A DNA stretch of 51,367 nt from assembly GCA_046260515.1 (NCBI GenBank), contig JBHEPB010000041.1, forward strand, positions 1 through 51,367. The letters run 5' to 3'. Below the pieces are notes generated by a model. The model searched no databases. It was not told the DNA's origin and was given only the letters and a program-made list of their open reading frames with translations. How positions within the stretch are numbered: position 1 is the first letter of the stretch; every line of letters begins with the position of its first letter. Shown piece by piece: positions 11,664 to 20,087 of the stretch. The DNA is from Candidatus Binatia bacterium (GTDB taxonomy: Bacteria; Desulfobacterota; Binatia; UBA1149; CAITLU01). The position numbers were made by a program, and so were the translations under genes.

Positions 11664-13898
11664 TCAGGCCGGCGCCACCGTCACCCGGATCGACTTGTAG
11701 GCGGGAGTGCGGCTGCCCTCGGCGAAATCCTCCAGGGCCACCAGCGCGTTGGCCTCGGGAAAATAGGCGGCCAGGCAGCGCCGCGGAATGTCGTAGGGCA
11801 CCACGCGAAAAGCGTGGATGGAGCGCGCCGTGCCGCCCGAGTGGCTGGTGATGTCCACGCGGCTGTCGGCGCCGAGGCCCGCTTCCTTCGCATCGTCCTC
11901 GTTCATGAACACGACATCGCGCTCGCCCTGGATGCCGCGGTACAGGTCGTCCTTGCCGTAGATCGTGGTGTTGAACTGGTCGTGGCTGCGGATCGTCATC
12001 AGCAGGAACTCGCCTTCGGCCAGGCGCACTCCCGTCAGCGGATTGACGGTAAGGCGGGCTTTGCCGCCGGCGGCGGTGAACTCGCGGTCGCGGGCCGCGT
12101 TGGGCAGGCGAAAGCCGCCCGGCGCCTGCACGCGCTCGTTGAAGCGCTCGAAGCCGGGGATCACGCGCTCGATGCGGTCGCGGATGCGGCCGTAGTCGGC
12201 GACGAGGTCTTCCCAGGGCACGCGGCTCCTCGCGCCGAGGGTGGCGCGAGCAAGCCCCGCCACGATGGCCGCTTCGCTGCGCAGGTATTCGGAGGCCGGC
12301 GCCAGCGTTCCTTCGGAGCGGTGCACCATGCTCATCGAATCCTCGACGGTCACGAACTGGCGGCCGGAGAGCTGTTCGTCGCGTTCGGTGCGGCCGAGGG
12401 TGGGCAAGATCAAGGCCTCTTCGCCGGTGACGAGGTGGGAGCGGTTGAGCTTGGTGGAGACGTGCACCGTCAGGCCGCAGCGTGCCAGGGCTTCGGCCGC
12501 CCGGGCGCGGTCGGGCGTGGCCGCCGCGAAGTTGCCGCCCATCGCGAAGAAAACCTGTACCTGTCCCTTTTGCATGGCCTGGAGGGTCTCGACGGTGTCG
12601 AGGCCGTGCTTGCGCGGCGACGTGATTCCGAACTCGGCGTCGAGGCTGTCCAGGAACTCGGGGCGGGGCCTTTCCCAGATGCCCATGGTGCGGTCGCCCT
12701 GCACGTTGCTGTGGCCGCGCACCGGGCAGAGGCCGGCGCCGGGGCGGCCGAGGTTGCCGCGCAGCAGCAGCAGGTTGGTCACCTCGCGCACGTTGGCCAC
12801 ACCGTGCTTGTGCTGGGTGAGGCCCATGGCCCAGCAGGCGATCACGTTCTTCGCGCCGAGGTAGATGTCGGCAGCTGCCTTCATCTGCCCGCGGCCGAGG
12901 CCGCTCTCGGCTTCGAGGTCTTCCCAGTGCGCAGCATCCACGTGCTCGCGCAGCTGGTCCAGGCCTTCGCAGTGCTGGTCCAGGAAGGCGTGGTCGAGAA
13001 CGGTGCCGGGCGCGGCGGCCTCGGCCTCGAAGACGAGCTTCAGCATTCCCTTCAGCAGCGCGATGTCGCCGCCGATGCGCACTTGCAGGTAGAGGTCGGT
13101 CAGCTCGGTGCTTCGCCCCAGAAGGTCGAGGGGGCGCTGGGGGTTGGAAAAGCGCAGCAGGCCGAGCTCGCGCAGGGGATTGATGCTGACGATGCGGCAG
13201 CCTCTTTCCTTGGCCTTCTGCAGCGTCGTCATCATGCGCGGATGGTTGGTGCCCGGGTTCTGGCCGAGGATGAAGATGGCGTCGGCCAGCGCGAAATCGT
13301 CGAGGCCGACCGTTCCCTTGCCCACGCCGATGGTCTCGCCGAGGCCGGTGCCGCTCGATTCGTGACACATGTTGGAGCAGTCGGGCAGGTTGTTGGTACC
13401 GAACTCGCGCACGAAGAGCTGGAAGAGGAAGGCCGCTTCGTTGCTCGTGCGGCCCGAGGTGTAGAACACCGCCTCGTCGGGCGAGGCAAGGCCGCGCAGC
13501 CTGGCGCCGATGCGTTCGAAGGCCTGCTCCCAGGAGACCGGCTCGTAGCGGTCGCTTCCCTTCGCCTTGTGCATGGGCCGGGTGAGGCGGCCCTGGGCTT
13601 CCAGCCAGTGATCGTCGCGGGCGCTCAAAGAAGCCAGGTCGTACTTGCGGAAGAAGTCCTCGTCGGCCCGCGCGAAGGTGGCCTCGTGGGAGACGGCCTT
13701 GGCGCCGTTCTCGCAGAACTCGGCCGCCGAGCGGTCTTCGGCCTCGGGCCAGGCGCAGCCCGGGCAATCGAAGCCGCCGTCCTGGTTGAGGCGCGTCAGA
13801 AGGCGGGCCGTGCGAAGCGGCCCCGTCTCCATGGCAGTGCGGCGCAGCGAACGCAGCACGGCGCGGAGGCCGGCGGCGGCGCGGCGGTCGTCGCTCAC
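11664..13898 (-). CDS. molybdopterin oxidoreductase of the YdeP/FdhF-like (formate dehydrogenase alpha-like) type
   Basis: Motifs GGFDCPGCAWPE, FGTNNLPDCSNMCHESSG and LGQNPGTNHPRM. The GTG start at 13898 overlaps the fdhD stop (GTGA). The longer track ORF to 14375 is an out-of-frame extension through fdhD. Confidence 0.9.
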   Translation of the reverse strand: MSDDRRAAAGLRAVLRSLRRTAMETGPLRTARLLTRLNQDGGFDCPGCAWPEAEDRSAAEFCENGAKAVSHEATFARADEDFFRKYDLASLSARDDHWLEAQGRLTRPMHKAKGSDRYEPVSWEQAFERIGARLRGLASPDEAVFYTSGRTSNEAAFLFQLFVREFGTNNLPDCSNMCHESSGTGLGETIGVGKGTVGLDDFALADAIFILGQNPGTNHPRMMTTLQKAKERGCRIVSINPLRELGLLRFSNPQRPLDLLGRSTELTDLYLQVRIGGDIALLKGMLKLVFEAEAAAPGTVLDHAFLDQHCEGLDQLREHVDAAHWEDLEAESGLGRGQMKAAADIYLGAKNVIACWAMGLTQHKHGVANVREVTNLLLLRGNLGRPGAGLCPVRGHSNVQGDRTMGIWERPRPEFLDSLDAEFGITSPRKHGLDTVETLQAMQKGQVQVFFAMGGNFAAATPDRARAAEALARCGLTVHVSTKLNRSHLVTGEEALILPTLGRTERDEQLSGRQFVTVEDSMSMVHRSEGTLAPASEYLRSEAAIVAGLARATLGARSRVPWEDLVADYGRIRDRIERVIPGFERFNERVQAPGGFRLPNAARDREFTAAGGKARLTVNPLTGVRLAEGEFLLMTIRSHDQFNTTIYGKDDLYRGIQGERDVVFMNEDDAKEAGLGADSRVDITSHSGGTARSIHAFRVVPYDIPRRCLAAYFPEANALVALEDFAEGSRTPAYKSIRVTVAPA

Positions 13899-14746
13899 GA
13901 CAGGATCCTTGCCGGGTGGGCGTACACGTTCATCTTCTGTTCCCTCAGGAATGCCACCAGCGTGATGCCCGCTTCCTCGGCCAGGTCGATGGCCAGCGAA
14001 GTGGGAGCCGACACGGCGGCCACCAGCGGAATGCGCGCCGCCAGGGCCTTCTGCACGATCTCGTACGACACACGGCCCGAGACCATCAGCGCGTGTCCAG
14101 CCAGGGGCAGCAGCCCCTCGCGGGCTGCCCATCCTATGACCTTGTCCACGGCGTTGTGGCGGCCCACGTCCTCGCGCACCGCCAGCAAGCTGCCGTCGGC
14201 GCGAAAAAGACCGGCGGCGTGCAGGCCGCCGGTCAGGCGGAAATCGTCCTGGAGACGGCCGAGGCCGGCGGGCAGTTCGCGGACGACGGCGGCGGCGAAG
14301 CGCGAGTCGTCGCCGGAGAGGGCAGAGGCCGTGGCCATCGCGTTCTCGATCGTGGCCTTGCCGCAGATGCCGCAACTGCTGCTGGCGTAGAGATTGCGGC
14401 GCAAGGCGGCCAGGTCCACCTCCACGTGAGGCGCCAGCACTACGCGGATCACGTTGTCCTCGGCCTCGGGCGACGCGGCGGTGGAACAGTGGCGGATGGA
14501 GACGATGTCGGCGGGAGAGGCGACGACGCGTTCGGTGACGAGGAAGCCGAGGGCGAGGTCTTCGTCGTGACCCGGCGTGCGCATCACCACCGCCAGGGAG
14601 GCCGGGCCGAGCTGGATCTCCAGCGGTTCTTCGCGAGCGACGAGGTCCTCGCGGCGCAGGGCCGCGGCTCCGTCCAGGGAAAGAACGTCGGCCGTCCTCA
14701 CGCCGGGCGGCGTGGAAACGGGAGCCTGCTTTCCGGAGCTTCGCAT
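13895..14746 (-). CDS. fdhD: formate dehydrogenase accessory sulfurtransferase FdhD
   Basis: 283 aa with SSCGICGKATI and DVGRHNAVDKVIG. It is translationally coupled to the molybdoenzyme gene. Confidence 0.9.
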   Translation of the reverse strand: MRSSGKQAPVSTPPGVRTADVLSLDGAAALRREDLVAREEPLEIQLGPASLAVVMRTPGHDEDLALGFLVTERVVASPADIVSIRHCSTAASPEAEDNVIRVVLAPHVEVDLAALRRNLYASSSCGICGKATIENAMATASALSGDDSRFAAAVVRELPAGLGRLQDDFRLTGGLHAAGLFRADGSLLAVREDVGRHNAVDKVIGWAAREGLLPLAGHALMVSGRVSYEIVQKALAARIPLVAAVSAPTSLAIDLAEEAGITLVAFLREQKMNVYAHPARILS

Positions 14747-14830
14747 GTTGCAGCCGGGCCGCGCGGCCCGGCTGCGGACCCTAGCAGAAACGGCGAGGCC
14801 GCGTCATGCGGCGGCATCCCGTGCCGCGTT

Positions 14831-15223
14831 TCAGCCGAGGATGCGCGTCAGGATCAGGATGTCGCCGAGCATAGCGACACCGAACACCGCCGTGCGAACG
14901 TAGGGAATGCCGACCATGTAGACGCCCACGTAGGCCACCCGGGCGACGAAGAAGATCTGGGCGCCGAGGGCCGTAGTCGCGTCGGCCTTGCCGCCGAGAT
15001 GGGCCGCCAGCACGAGGCAGGCAAAGGGCACCAGGTTCTCCACCGTGTTGGCATGAGCGCGGCGCGTGCGCTCCATCCAGCCGGGAACCTCGAAGGCGGA
15101 GTCGCGATTGCCGAAGCCCCAGGCCGGCCCTCCGGGCATCGTCATCAGGGCGACGATGCCGAAGTAGGGAATCATCAGGCAGAACACGGCCGAAAAGACG
15201 AGCATCCAGAGATCGGTGGTCAT
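14831..15223 (-). CDS. MAPEG family membrane protein
   Basis: Internal ATG 15223 preceded by GGAGGA. The product begins MTTDLWMLVFSAVF... and contains RAHANTVENLVPF. It has four hydrophobic segments. Confidence 0.75.
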   Translation of the reverse strand: MTTDLWMLVFSAVFCLMIPYFGIVALMTMPGGPAWGFGNRDSAFEVPGWMERTRRAHANTVENLVPFACLVLAAHLGGKADATTALGAQIFFVARVAYVGVYMVGIPYVRTAVFGVAMLGDILILTRILG

Positions 15224-15516
15224 GGTGGTCCTCCTGGAGACGACAGGGCTGCGCTGGCGTTCGGTGGCCGGGGCATCCGGCGGTGGCGAGAGGCCGAACA
15301 GCGCGCCCGCTGTAAGGATCACGCGCGGTGGCGCTCCGTCAACACCCTGGGCCCGGGGCGTGCAGGAAAGCGCCGTGCCGGGGACGTCGCTGGGATCCTG
15401 ATGCGTTTTTCGTCGCCGGCCGGAGCGTCGCATCGGCCTCGCGGCGGACATTGTGCAAGGCGCCGCTTCCGACGCGGGGCGGTCAAGGGTAGGCTCCGCC
15501 GACTTTCGATGAAGAG

Positions 15517-16452
15517 GTGGTGGAAATGAGTGAGGAGACCGGCCGGATCGGCCGTCCCCAGGTCGAGGCCCTCGATGCGATTCTCGGGGTGCCGCTGAAG
15601 GTGCTCGACGACGGTTTCGTGCGCGTGGTCGATTACATGGGCGCCGACGAGTCCATCGTGCAGGCCGCCCGCGTCTCCTACGGACGCGGCACGCGCAAGC
15701 TGCACGAGGACCGCGGACTCATCCGCTACCTGATGCGCCACTGGCACACGACGCCCTTCGAGATGTGCGAGATCAAGCTGCACGTGCGCGTGCCGATGGA
15801 CTGCTGGCGGCAGTGGATTCGACATCGCACGGCCTCTACCAATGAGATGTCCACACGTTATTCGATTGCCATCGATGCCTCGCAGCGCACGGCAGAGAAC
15901 GAGTGGCGCGGACAGTCGAGCGACAATCGTCAAGGGAGTTCCGGAAGCATTGACACCGTGCAGGGTGCCATGCTGACCGCACGAGAGACGGAGTTGCAGG
16001 ATTTCGCACGCTCCATCTACCAGGAGCGCCTCGATCTTGGCGTGGCGCGCGAGCAGGCCCGCAAGGATCTGCCGCTGTCCACCTACACCGAAGCGTACTG
16101 GAAGACGGACCTGCACAATTTGCTGCACTTCCTGCGCTTGCGCATGGACTCGCATGCCCAGCTGGAGATCCGCGACTACGCCACCGTGATCGGCGAGCAG
16201 ATCGTCGCCAAGTGGTGTCCCTTCGCGTGGGAGGCCTTCAAGGATTACCAGTTCCACTCGGTGGGGCTGACGCGCCTGGAGCAGGCGGTGATCCGCGCGG
16301 TGTCGACGGGCGGCAAGGAGGCTGCCCTCGAGGCGGCCAAGGGTTTCGGCTGGCTCGAGCGCGGGGAGAAGGGGCTCAAGACCAACCGCGAACGCGCCGA
16401 GTGCGAGGCCAAGCTCGAAGACATGGGGCTCGCGGTGCCCTGGAAAGACTAG
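15517..16452 (+). CDS. thyX: FAD-dependent thymidylate synthase ThyX
   Basis: ThyX signature RHRTASTNEMSTRY. 311 aa. An alternative ATG lies at 15526. Confidence 0.9.
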   Translation: MVEMSEETGRIGRPQVEALDAILGVPLKVLDDGFVRVVDYMGADESIVQAARVSYGRGTRKLHEDRGLIRYLMRHWHTTPFEMCEIKLHVRVPMDCWRQWIRHRTASTNEMSTRYSIAIDASQRTAENEWRGQSSDNRQGSSGSIDTVQGAMLTARETELQDFARSIYQERLDLGVAREQARKDLPLSTYTEAYWKTDLHNLLHFLRLRMDSHAQLEIRDYATVIGEQIVAKWCPFAWEAFKDYQFHSVGLTRLEQAVIRAVSTGGKEAALEAAKGFGWLERGEKGLKTNRERAECEAKLEDMGLAVPWKD

Positions 16453-16500
16453 ACGGATTCTTTTCCCGCCCTCCAACCCAGGTTTGCGCGGAGGTTCCCC

Positions 16501-17421
16501 ATGTCCCTCGTTTCCATCGTGAAGGGCCGGCGCGGAGCCAGCGGCCACGGCTATGCTTCGAGCGCCGAGGAAGTCACCGAAGGGCTCGACCTTCGCGGCA
16601 AGAGGATCCTCATCACCGGAGTCGGCTCCGGCCTCGGCCAGAAGAGCGCCACGGTGCTGGCCATGCGCGGCGCGAAGGTTTTCGGCGCCGCGCGCAGCGA
16701 GCAGAAGGCCGCCGAGGCCTGCCGCGGCTTCGGCAGCGATGCCGTTCCCCTGGCCTGCGAGCTTTCCGACCCCGATTCGGTGCGCGCCTGCGTGGAGAGG
16801 GTCCGGGCCATCGGCGAGCCGCTGGATGCCGTGCTCTGCAACGCCGGCATCATGGCCCTGCCCAAGCGCGAGCTTCGCCACGGCCAGGAACTGCAGTTCT
16901 TCACCAACCACATCGGGCACTTCCTGCTGGTGATGGGGCTGGTGGACCAGCTGACCCCCACCGGCCGGGTGGTGATGCTGTCGAGCGACGCCCACAACAT
17001 GGCGCCCAAGGTGGGGATCCAGTTCGACGACCTGTCTTTCGAGAAGGGCTACCGGCCCTGGACGGCCTACGGCCAGTCGAAGCTGGCGAACCTGTTGTTC
17101 GCGCGTTCCCTTGCCCGCCGCTTCGAGGGCTCATCGCGGACCGCGAATTCACTTCATCCGGGCGTCATCGCCACCAATCTCGGACGGCACATGAACATCG
17201 TCGCCCGCGTGCTGTTCCCGGTGGCTGCGGTCGTTGCGATGAAGAGCATTCCCCAGGGCGCGGCGACCCAGTGCTATGTGACGACGCATCCGTCGCTGGC
17301 GGGCGTCAACGGGGAGTATTTTGCCGACTGCAATGTGGCACGGTCTTCGCGCCATGGGCGGGATGCGGCGATGGCGGAGAGGCTTTGGGAGGTGACGGAG
17401 GGGATTGCCGCGCGCATCTGA
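16501..17421 (+). CDS. SDR family oxidoreductase (retinol-dehydrogenase-like)
   Basis: ILITGVGSGLGQ glycine motif, CNAG, and YGQSKLAN (Y-x-x-x-K). Confidence 0.85.
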   Translation: MSLVSIVKGRRGASGHGYASSAEEVTEGLDLRGKRILITGVGSGLGQKSATVLAMRGAKVFGAARSEQKAAEACRGFGSDAVPLACELSDPDSVRACVERVRAIGEPLDAVLCNAGIMALPKRELRHGQELQFFTNHIGHFLLVMGLVDQLTPTGRVVMLSSDAHNMAPKVGIQFDDLSFEKGYRPWTAYGQSKLANLLFARSLARRFEGSSRTANSLHPGVIATNLGRHMNIVARVLFPVAAVVAMKSIPQGAATQCYVTTHPSLAGVNGEYFADCNVARSSRHGRDAAMAERLWEVTEGIAARI

Positions 17422-17451
17422 GCGCCGGCGCCGCGATGCTTTCGCCGGCGC
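17422..17451. terminator. GC hairpin between convergent genes
   Basis: GCGCCGGCG (17422-17430) pairs with CGCCGGCGC (17443-17451). It lies between the SDR stop and the stop of the channel-like gene. There is no clear T-tract. Confidence 0.4.
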
Positions 17452-17462
17452 CTGGGACGCTC

Positions 17463-17828
17463 TCAGGACTCGTCGCTCTCGATGTGAAAGCGGTGGAGGA
17501 GGCGATGCGCGACCGGCGCCAGGATCACGCCGGCGGCGAAGATGACCGCCAGGCCGCAGTACAGCGCGTACAGGCCGGCGAAGACTTTCCCACCGAACGT
17601 CACGGGAGGGTGAACGGGGCCCATGCCCCCGAGGAGCATGGAGGCGTCCAGGAAGGCATCGATCCAGCTGAGGCCCTCCAGCACGTGATAGCCCACCATC
17701 CCGATGCCCAGCGAGACGGCGATCAGCACAAGGGCGACGGCTCCGCTGTGGGCCAGGCGCACGAGGAACTGGCGCAGAGGAATGAGGGGTTGAGCGCGGT
17801 GCTCGAAGATGGGGAGGAGTTGGTTCAT
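17463..17828 (-). CDS. small two-TM ion-channel-like membrane protein
   Basis: Internal ATG 17828. The product begins MNQLLPIF. It has two long hydrophobic helices flanking WIDAFLDASMLLGGMGP, a pore-loop-like segment. Confidence 0.5.
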   Translation of the reverse strand: MNQLLPIFEHRAQPLIPLRQFLVRLAHSGAVALVLIAVSLGIGMVGYHVLEGLSWIDAFLDASMLLGGMGPVHPPVTFGGKVFAGLYALYCGLAVIFAAGVILAPVAHRLLHRFHIESDES

Positions 17829-18023
17829 TTCTCGTCCAGGCGGAGTTCGCCGGTGTGTCCGATAGCCAACCACGCGGCATCGCCTTCCAGTTGAGTGAAA
17901 TGTTATGGAACACGCCCTGTGGGCCGATAGAAAGCGTAGGCCGACGTCAGCGCCGATGTTGCGGCGAAAAACCACGAGAGAGCGTTCGGCGATTCGTATA
18001 GGCCAAATCACGGCGTAGGCAAT

Positions 18024-18674
18024 CTAAGCGAACTTGCTCAATAGCAGTTGCTCGACCATGCCGATCACGCTCGCGACGTCGGTGTCTTGAATCCTATCCC
18101 AGTTCGCATGCATCGAAGCATCCCGAATCTTAGGCATTACCTCCAGGAGCGATTTCTGTGCACCGCTGACGAGCCTCTTCGCCTTAAGCGCGGAAACGAC
18201 TTCCTGCATCACTTTATCATCGACATCTAGGCCGTTGAGGCGAGCAAATCGCTTTAGCGAGTCTTCAAGTGCAGCGCATGCGAGAACGGCAGCCACATCC
18301 TTATGGCCGTCTGCCAGCGAGATCTTGGCCATTCCCAAGAAGTCCCCGAGGACCTCTCCAGAAATAGTTGCCTCGACGGAAGTTGAGTAGCCACCACGAT
18401 AGTCGGCCGCAGCAGCGCGAAAGACACCGACTAAATCAGCGATCTCGTACTCACGGCCGGTGCATTTGTCGTAGGCACCCTTGAAGTTGGCGAAATGAAC
18501 AGAACCTTCTCCAAAGGTTAAAGCGATGAGGTGCATGGCGCTTGACGCCCAGCTACGCCATTCTTCCCCTGATGAATACCGGTAGTGAAGATGTTCATCG
18601 CGGCGCCACGCGATTGCGCCCAACTGAGCTTCGAGATCGATGAATCTCTGCGCAAGTCGTTCAATGAGCGCCAT
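18024..18674 (-). CDS. HEPN-like (DUF4145-type) domain protein; last gene of the low-GC operon
   Basis: Start ATG 18674 lies 2 nt after the stop of the upstream gene. The C-terminal region reads AALEDSLKRFARLNG...LLEVMPKIRDASMHANWD. It contains R-x4-H in the arrangement I remember for DUF4145/HEPN. Codon usage is AT-richer than the flanks. Confidence 0.6.
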   Translation of the reverse strand: MALIERLAQRFIDLEAQLGAIAWRRDEHLHYRYSSGEEWRSWASSAMHLIALTFGEGSVHFANFKGAYDKCTGREYEIADLVGVFRAAAADYRGGYSTSVEATISGEVLGDFLGMAKISLADGHKDVAAVLACAALEDSLKRFARLNGLDVDDKVMQEVVSALKAKRLVSGAQKSLLEVMPKIRDASMHANWDRIQDTDVASVIGMVEQLLLSKFA

Positions 18675-18676
18675 AA

Positions 18677-19426
18677 CTAAACGTCCCTGGCTAACACTTG
18701 AGTTGGGCGGCGCGCAGCGTTGTGGCGCCACGGAGCGGGCAACGAACCCGGGAAGGGTGGGGGCGTTATGCTGCTGCGCGTCCGCTCAAGCGAAGGGTTG
18801 GCTGCCCTTCCGCGACGCTCCCAGAGTGCCTCGGTCCTTGCATTGATTCGTTCGTGCCAAGGCACACCAGGCCGCCATGGGCGGGGGTATTTGAGTTGCG
18901 AGACAAACCTGAGCGCCTGTCGCTCACCGATCTCGTCAAGGTGCGGACCAAACCTAGCCTTCAGACCCGCGAGACCACTGCAGCCGCTGCCGTAGAAGGC
19001 GATCGCCAAATACGCTGATGCGATTGCTCTCTTTCCACGGTGTCGCGCGAGGGCGATTGCCAACAGCTGCTCTCGGAGCTTGCGGAGAAGTGTGCGTTCA
19101 TAGCGCCCGGTTACAACCCTCACGAACTGCTGCTCGATGGTGCTTGCGCCCTGGACGTGTCCGGAGAAAATACGTACCCATAAGGCACGAAACATTCCGA
19201 TTGGGTCAACGCCGCGGTGATACTCGCTGCGATGATCTTCTGCTGCCACCAACGCATCAATAAGTACGGGAGGCACCGAATTTTGGTGTCGGTCGACGTA
19301 GTCTAGGCAACGTCCCAAGTCTGACCTGAACGTTCCAGAGGATAGGCCCTCCATCCATCTGGACATGGCAAGTTGTGGCGCAGACATCGCCCAAAAGATG
19401 AGCTTTAGAAGTCGCTTCTTTGCCAT
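18677..19426 (-). CDS. GT51-like peptidoglycan glycosyltransferase (transglycosylase) domain protein with no obvious TM anchor
   Basis: Motifs in canonical order: AAEDHRSEYHRGVD (ED..F..H.G, with S in place of F), GASTIEQQFVR (GGSTITQQ), RKLREQ (RK..E) and AYLAIAFYGSG. The ORF start overlaps the upstream gene by 22 nt. Internal ATGs are possible true starts. Confidence 0.7.
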   Translation of the reverse strand: MAKKRLLKLIFWAMSAPQLAMSRWMEGLSSGTFRSDLGRCLDYVDRHQNSVPPVLIDALVAAEDHRSEYHRGVDPIGMFRALWVRIFSGHVQGASTIEQQFVRVVTGRYERTLLRKLREQLLAIALARHRGKRAIASAYLAIAFYGSGCSGLAGLKARFGPHLDEIGERQALRFVSQLKYPRPWRPGVPWHERINARTEALWERRGRAANPSLERTRSSITPPPFPGSLPAPWRHNAARRPTQVLARDV

Positions 19427-19905
19427 CTGGCGGTGCCCGATTGGTTGGCAATCATCGAAGTAAAGCTGCCGTTCAGTACCGTGTCTGCGTTCGCCACGAG
19501 TTCGTAGAAGTTGGTGGATACGCGCCCGTGGCCATCTTCGGTGACGTGTAGGAAGAGTTTGTCCTTCCCGAAATAGTTCTTCTCAATGTAGCCTTGGACT
19601 TTGCCTCTAGTGCGTTGGGTTCCATCGAAATGCCGCACACCGGTCGTAGAGCTCTCGTATATCTTTTCCACCGTTCCCTCGACTCGATCTCCCTCGCGCC
19701 ACAGCATGGCGATGTACCGGAGAGTCATGTCTTGGTAGGGATTATAAGACGTACTGGTGGTGCGCATTTCGAAGTGCCAGCGCCCTGTGATGTTCGGGAA
19801 GGGGACGATCTTTTCACGGAACCAGAAGAACAAGACCGCCAACACTACGCCGCCAACAAGAGTGGCCAGAATGTCCGCCCAGAAGGATTCAAAGTTCACG
19901 TGCAT
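19405..19905 (-). CDS. hypothetical membrane-anchored protein (N-terminal TM plus a beta-rich domain of about 135 aa)
   Basis: 166 aa. GGAG lies 5 nt upstream of the ATG. The TM segment is ILATLVGGVVLAVLFFWF. The composition is not shadow-like (K, Y, F, N, E). No family recognised. Confidence 0.65.
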   Translation of the reverse strand: MHVNFESFWADILATLVGGVVLAVLFFWFREKIVPFPNITGRWHFEMRTTSTSYNPYQDMTLRYIAMLWREGDRVEGTVEKIYESSTTGVRHFDGTQRTRGKVQGYIEKNYFGKDKLFLHVTEDGHGRVSTNFYELVANADTVLNGSFTSMIANQSGTARWQRSDF

Positions 19906-20087
19906 GCTCCGGAGGTTCAGGGCCTGCTAGACTGATGTGGCCGGCCGCGCGCTACTGTCGCCAGCCCGCGCTGCGGCACGCGACCGGCCGTCTGGTTGAG
20001 TGAGTGAGACGACATGCACTGTATCCATGCGACTATACACTTCCGATTGCGTTTCGATCTGAGATGGCACGGAGGTGATTCTTGGCA

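Noticed and set aside
11814-14390. 858-aa plus-strand ORF
   Set aside because: It is antisense to the YdeP/FdhF-like molybdoenzyme and fdhD, both of which carry diagnostic Cys motifs. It is a shadow ORF.
15319-16995. 558-aa minus-strand ORF across thyX and the SDR gene
   Set aside because: It is antisense to two genes with diagnostic motifs (the ThyX RHR..S....S.R motif and the SDR TG...G.G and Y...K motifs). Its composition is shadow-like.
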